Below are positions 63,801 through 64,000 of a stretch of DNA of 64,000 nt, piece after piece. Made by a program: the position numbers and the translations under genes. Origin of the DNA: Schmidtea polychroa (Eukaryota). Each line of letters begins with the position of its first letter. Position 1 is the stretch's first letter. The stretch lies in assembly GCA_044892525.1 (NCBI GenBank), contig CM097885.1, positions 1,552,001 to 1,616,000 on the forward strand, in the 5' to 3' direction. The notes under the pieces are model-generated. The model was given only the letters and a program-made list of their open reading frames with translations. It did no database searches and had not been told where the DNA came from.

Positions 63801-64000
63801 AATTAGTCGAGAATAAAAAGAAAAGGGAGAGAAGGGGTAGACCGAGGAAAAGTCAAATGAACCCACCTCCAAGAGAACTTCTAAAACCAGTTACAATACA
63901 AAATGTAACTAAGCAGGCTCTAGCAGGGATAGCTAGCCAAATCGATAAAAGCGTTGGAGACGCTAGTGACAAAACGGAAACATGGAAAAGACTGAATCAA
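60899..64000 (+). CDS. gag: Extended Gag(-Pol) ORF, open to the window end (at least 1034 codons): capsid, 4 CCHC knuckles, 2 ubiquitin-like domains, AT-hook
   Basis: Hand translation from ATG 60899 shows no stop before 64000. Capsid motifs PFSGNP..F, LPLYLKGMA, FYNRRQNSGEHVGEF, VKDQFWSGL; knuckles CFNCHKKGHMSKDC, CTKCGRNNHVASNC, CEKCKRKGHVASVC, CHKCGKFGHIMRSC; RRGRPRK at 63830-63850. Confidence 0.92.
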   Translation, partial: MAEINNLQNLNENNLQNNNVPVAQPPAVDFMRYPTIPIKPFSGNPGEFPEFMSEYFQLARALGFPEPVMILRLPLYLKGMAREIYNDVIIAEHPVEWNVLRLALQNRILPGDATRVLRQQFYNRRQNSGEHVGEFSYQIMMLAERAFGNRAAWNDATRALVKDQFWSGLSSAMRNALSLHIGDNLEELTRKACLIESSIEKSNNFAISSNKSDIECFNCHKKGHMSKDCKSRNNSPGDKLCTKCGRNNHVASNCRISDLNCEKCKRKGHVASVCKASFGGNNSNNNNNRNRSPDRNFRGNNNTNNNFQSRNNNFNNNIKRDEVNSGGKIKCHKCGKFGHIMRSCPQNQLSNNNGSGNNGNNRSKQTTFAVNSDHKLTYLQQLELEIQEERNRLARLTTNETDGYDENEGVYMTSARKRRNKNNYVELEVLMLQESPQEDNEEKTVVIEPEVCEGLQVSPRKNLVAVAMEPEANREIEGLPVSPVKNRKALDMDPVAKEIVPTGVLEKKWASVSEPEVLIATSSMRGECGSEPIKVRETSKEERNPIDDCRKILLRKSVWQREMRQKLENIRLNPVNENEVDKVIDIISELDRNEEYYPELREILRNIGLNWKQRENLEDSTIFVSFPKGCFRRYTIKPSEKVEALAKRVSVVKPQQRCKLYLLGERLLEGETLLDCGILPGKNMVIKAKFHKETVTVVDLDNVLTISEIEIDQLNQISAVPHRLGIELMKNPRDGEAIKMIMDWILELRIPVDTLREIMPLVVPLVKETSQFQTQAKMLLIKNGHAIRHLEGRQGPVMLDIRIPRRGHLIQQFSCYHRVKKLRKRISEILKESFLIMIHGCQVDDDEFLVDVGCFPNEETVVLILLVEFPEDEWATLRLPDNAEMEDETVHPEQKQVDGNTHQEPVTTVDLDEEIDKYLKELDNTEDELVEIFPTEEDNEVQLNRDETNIGASTSRQVEPPRERVSPKLVENKKKRERRGRPRKSQMNPPPRELLKPVTIQNVTKQALAGIASQIDKSVGDASDKTETWKRLNQ

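Overview
AT-rich, repeat-dense eukaryotic (invertebrate animal-like) DNA with many very short (40-60 bp) GT-AG introns. Host genes: the 3' end of a FANCJ/BRIP1-type helicase (+), a complete 16-exon P2C (Na,K/H,K-type) ATPase alpha subunit (-), a 6-exon X,K-ATPase beta subunit (+, divergent from alpha), and a compact Prospero/PROX gene (-). The rest is minisatellites, (AAT)n arrays and mobile elements (Penelope-like, Polinton polB fragment, hAT, pogo, TA-flanked TIR elements, Helitron ends, LTR elements). Two signals stand out. (1) An LTR retrotransposon at the right end, whose ORF is missing from the ORF track because it has no stop in the window: after capsid and four zinc knuckles, the Gag ORF (at least 1034 codons) continues into two ubiquitin-like domains, SIM-like motifs and an AT-hook, and the element sits in an (AAT)n microsatellite. 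(2) The alpha subunit carries the H,K-ATPase hallmark Lys in TM5, has Asn for the site-III Asp926 and has lost the C-terminal KETYY motif, suggesting a non-canonical, probably electroneutral pump linked to its own beta subunit. All translations and alignments were done by eye; no database searches were run.
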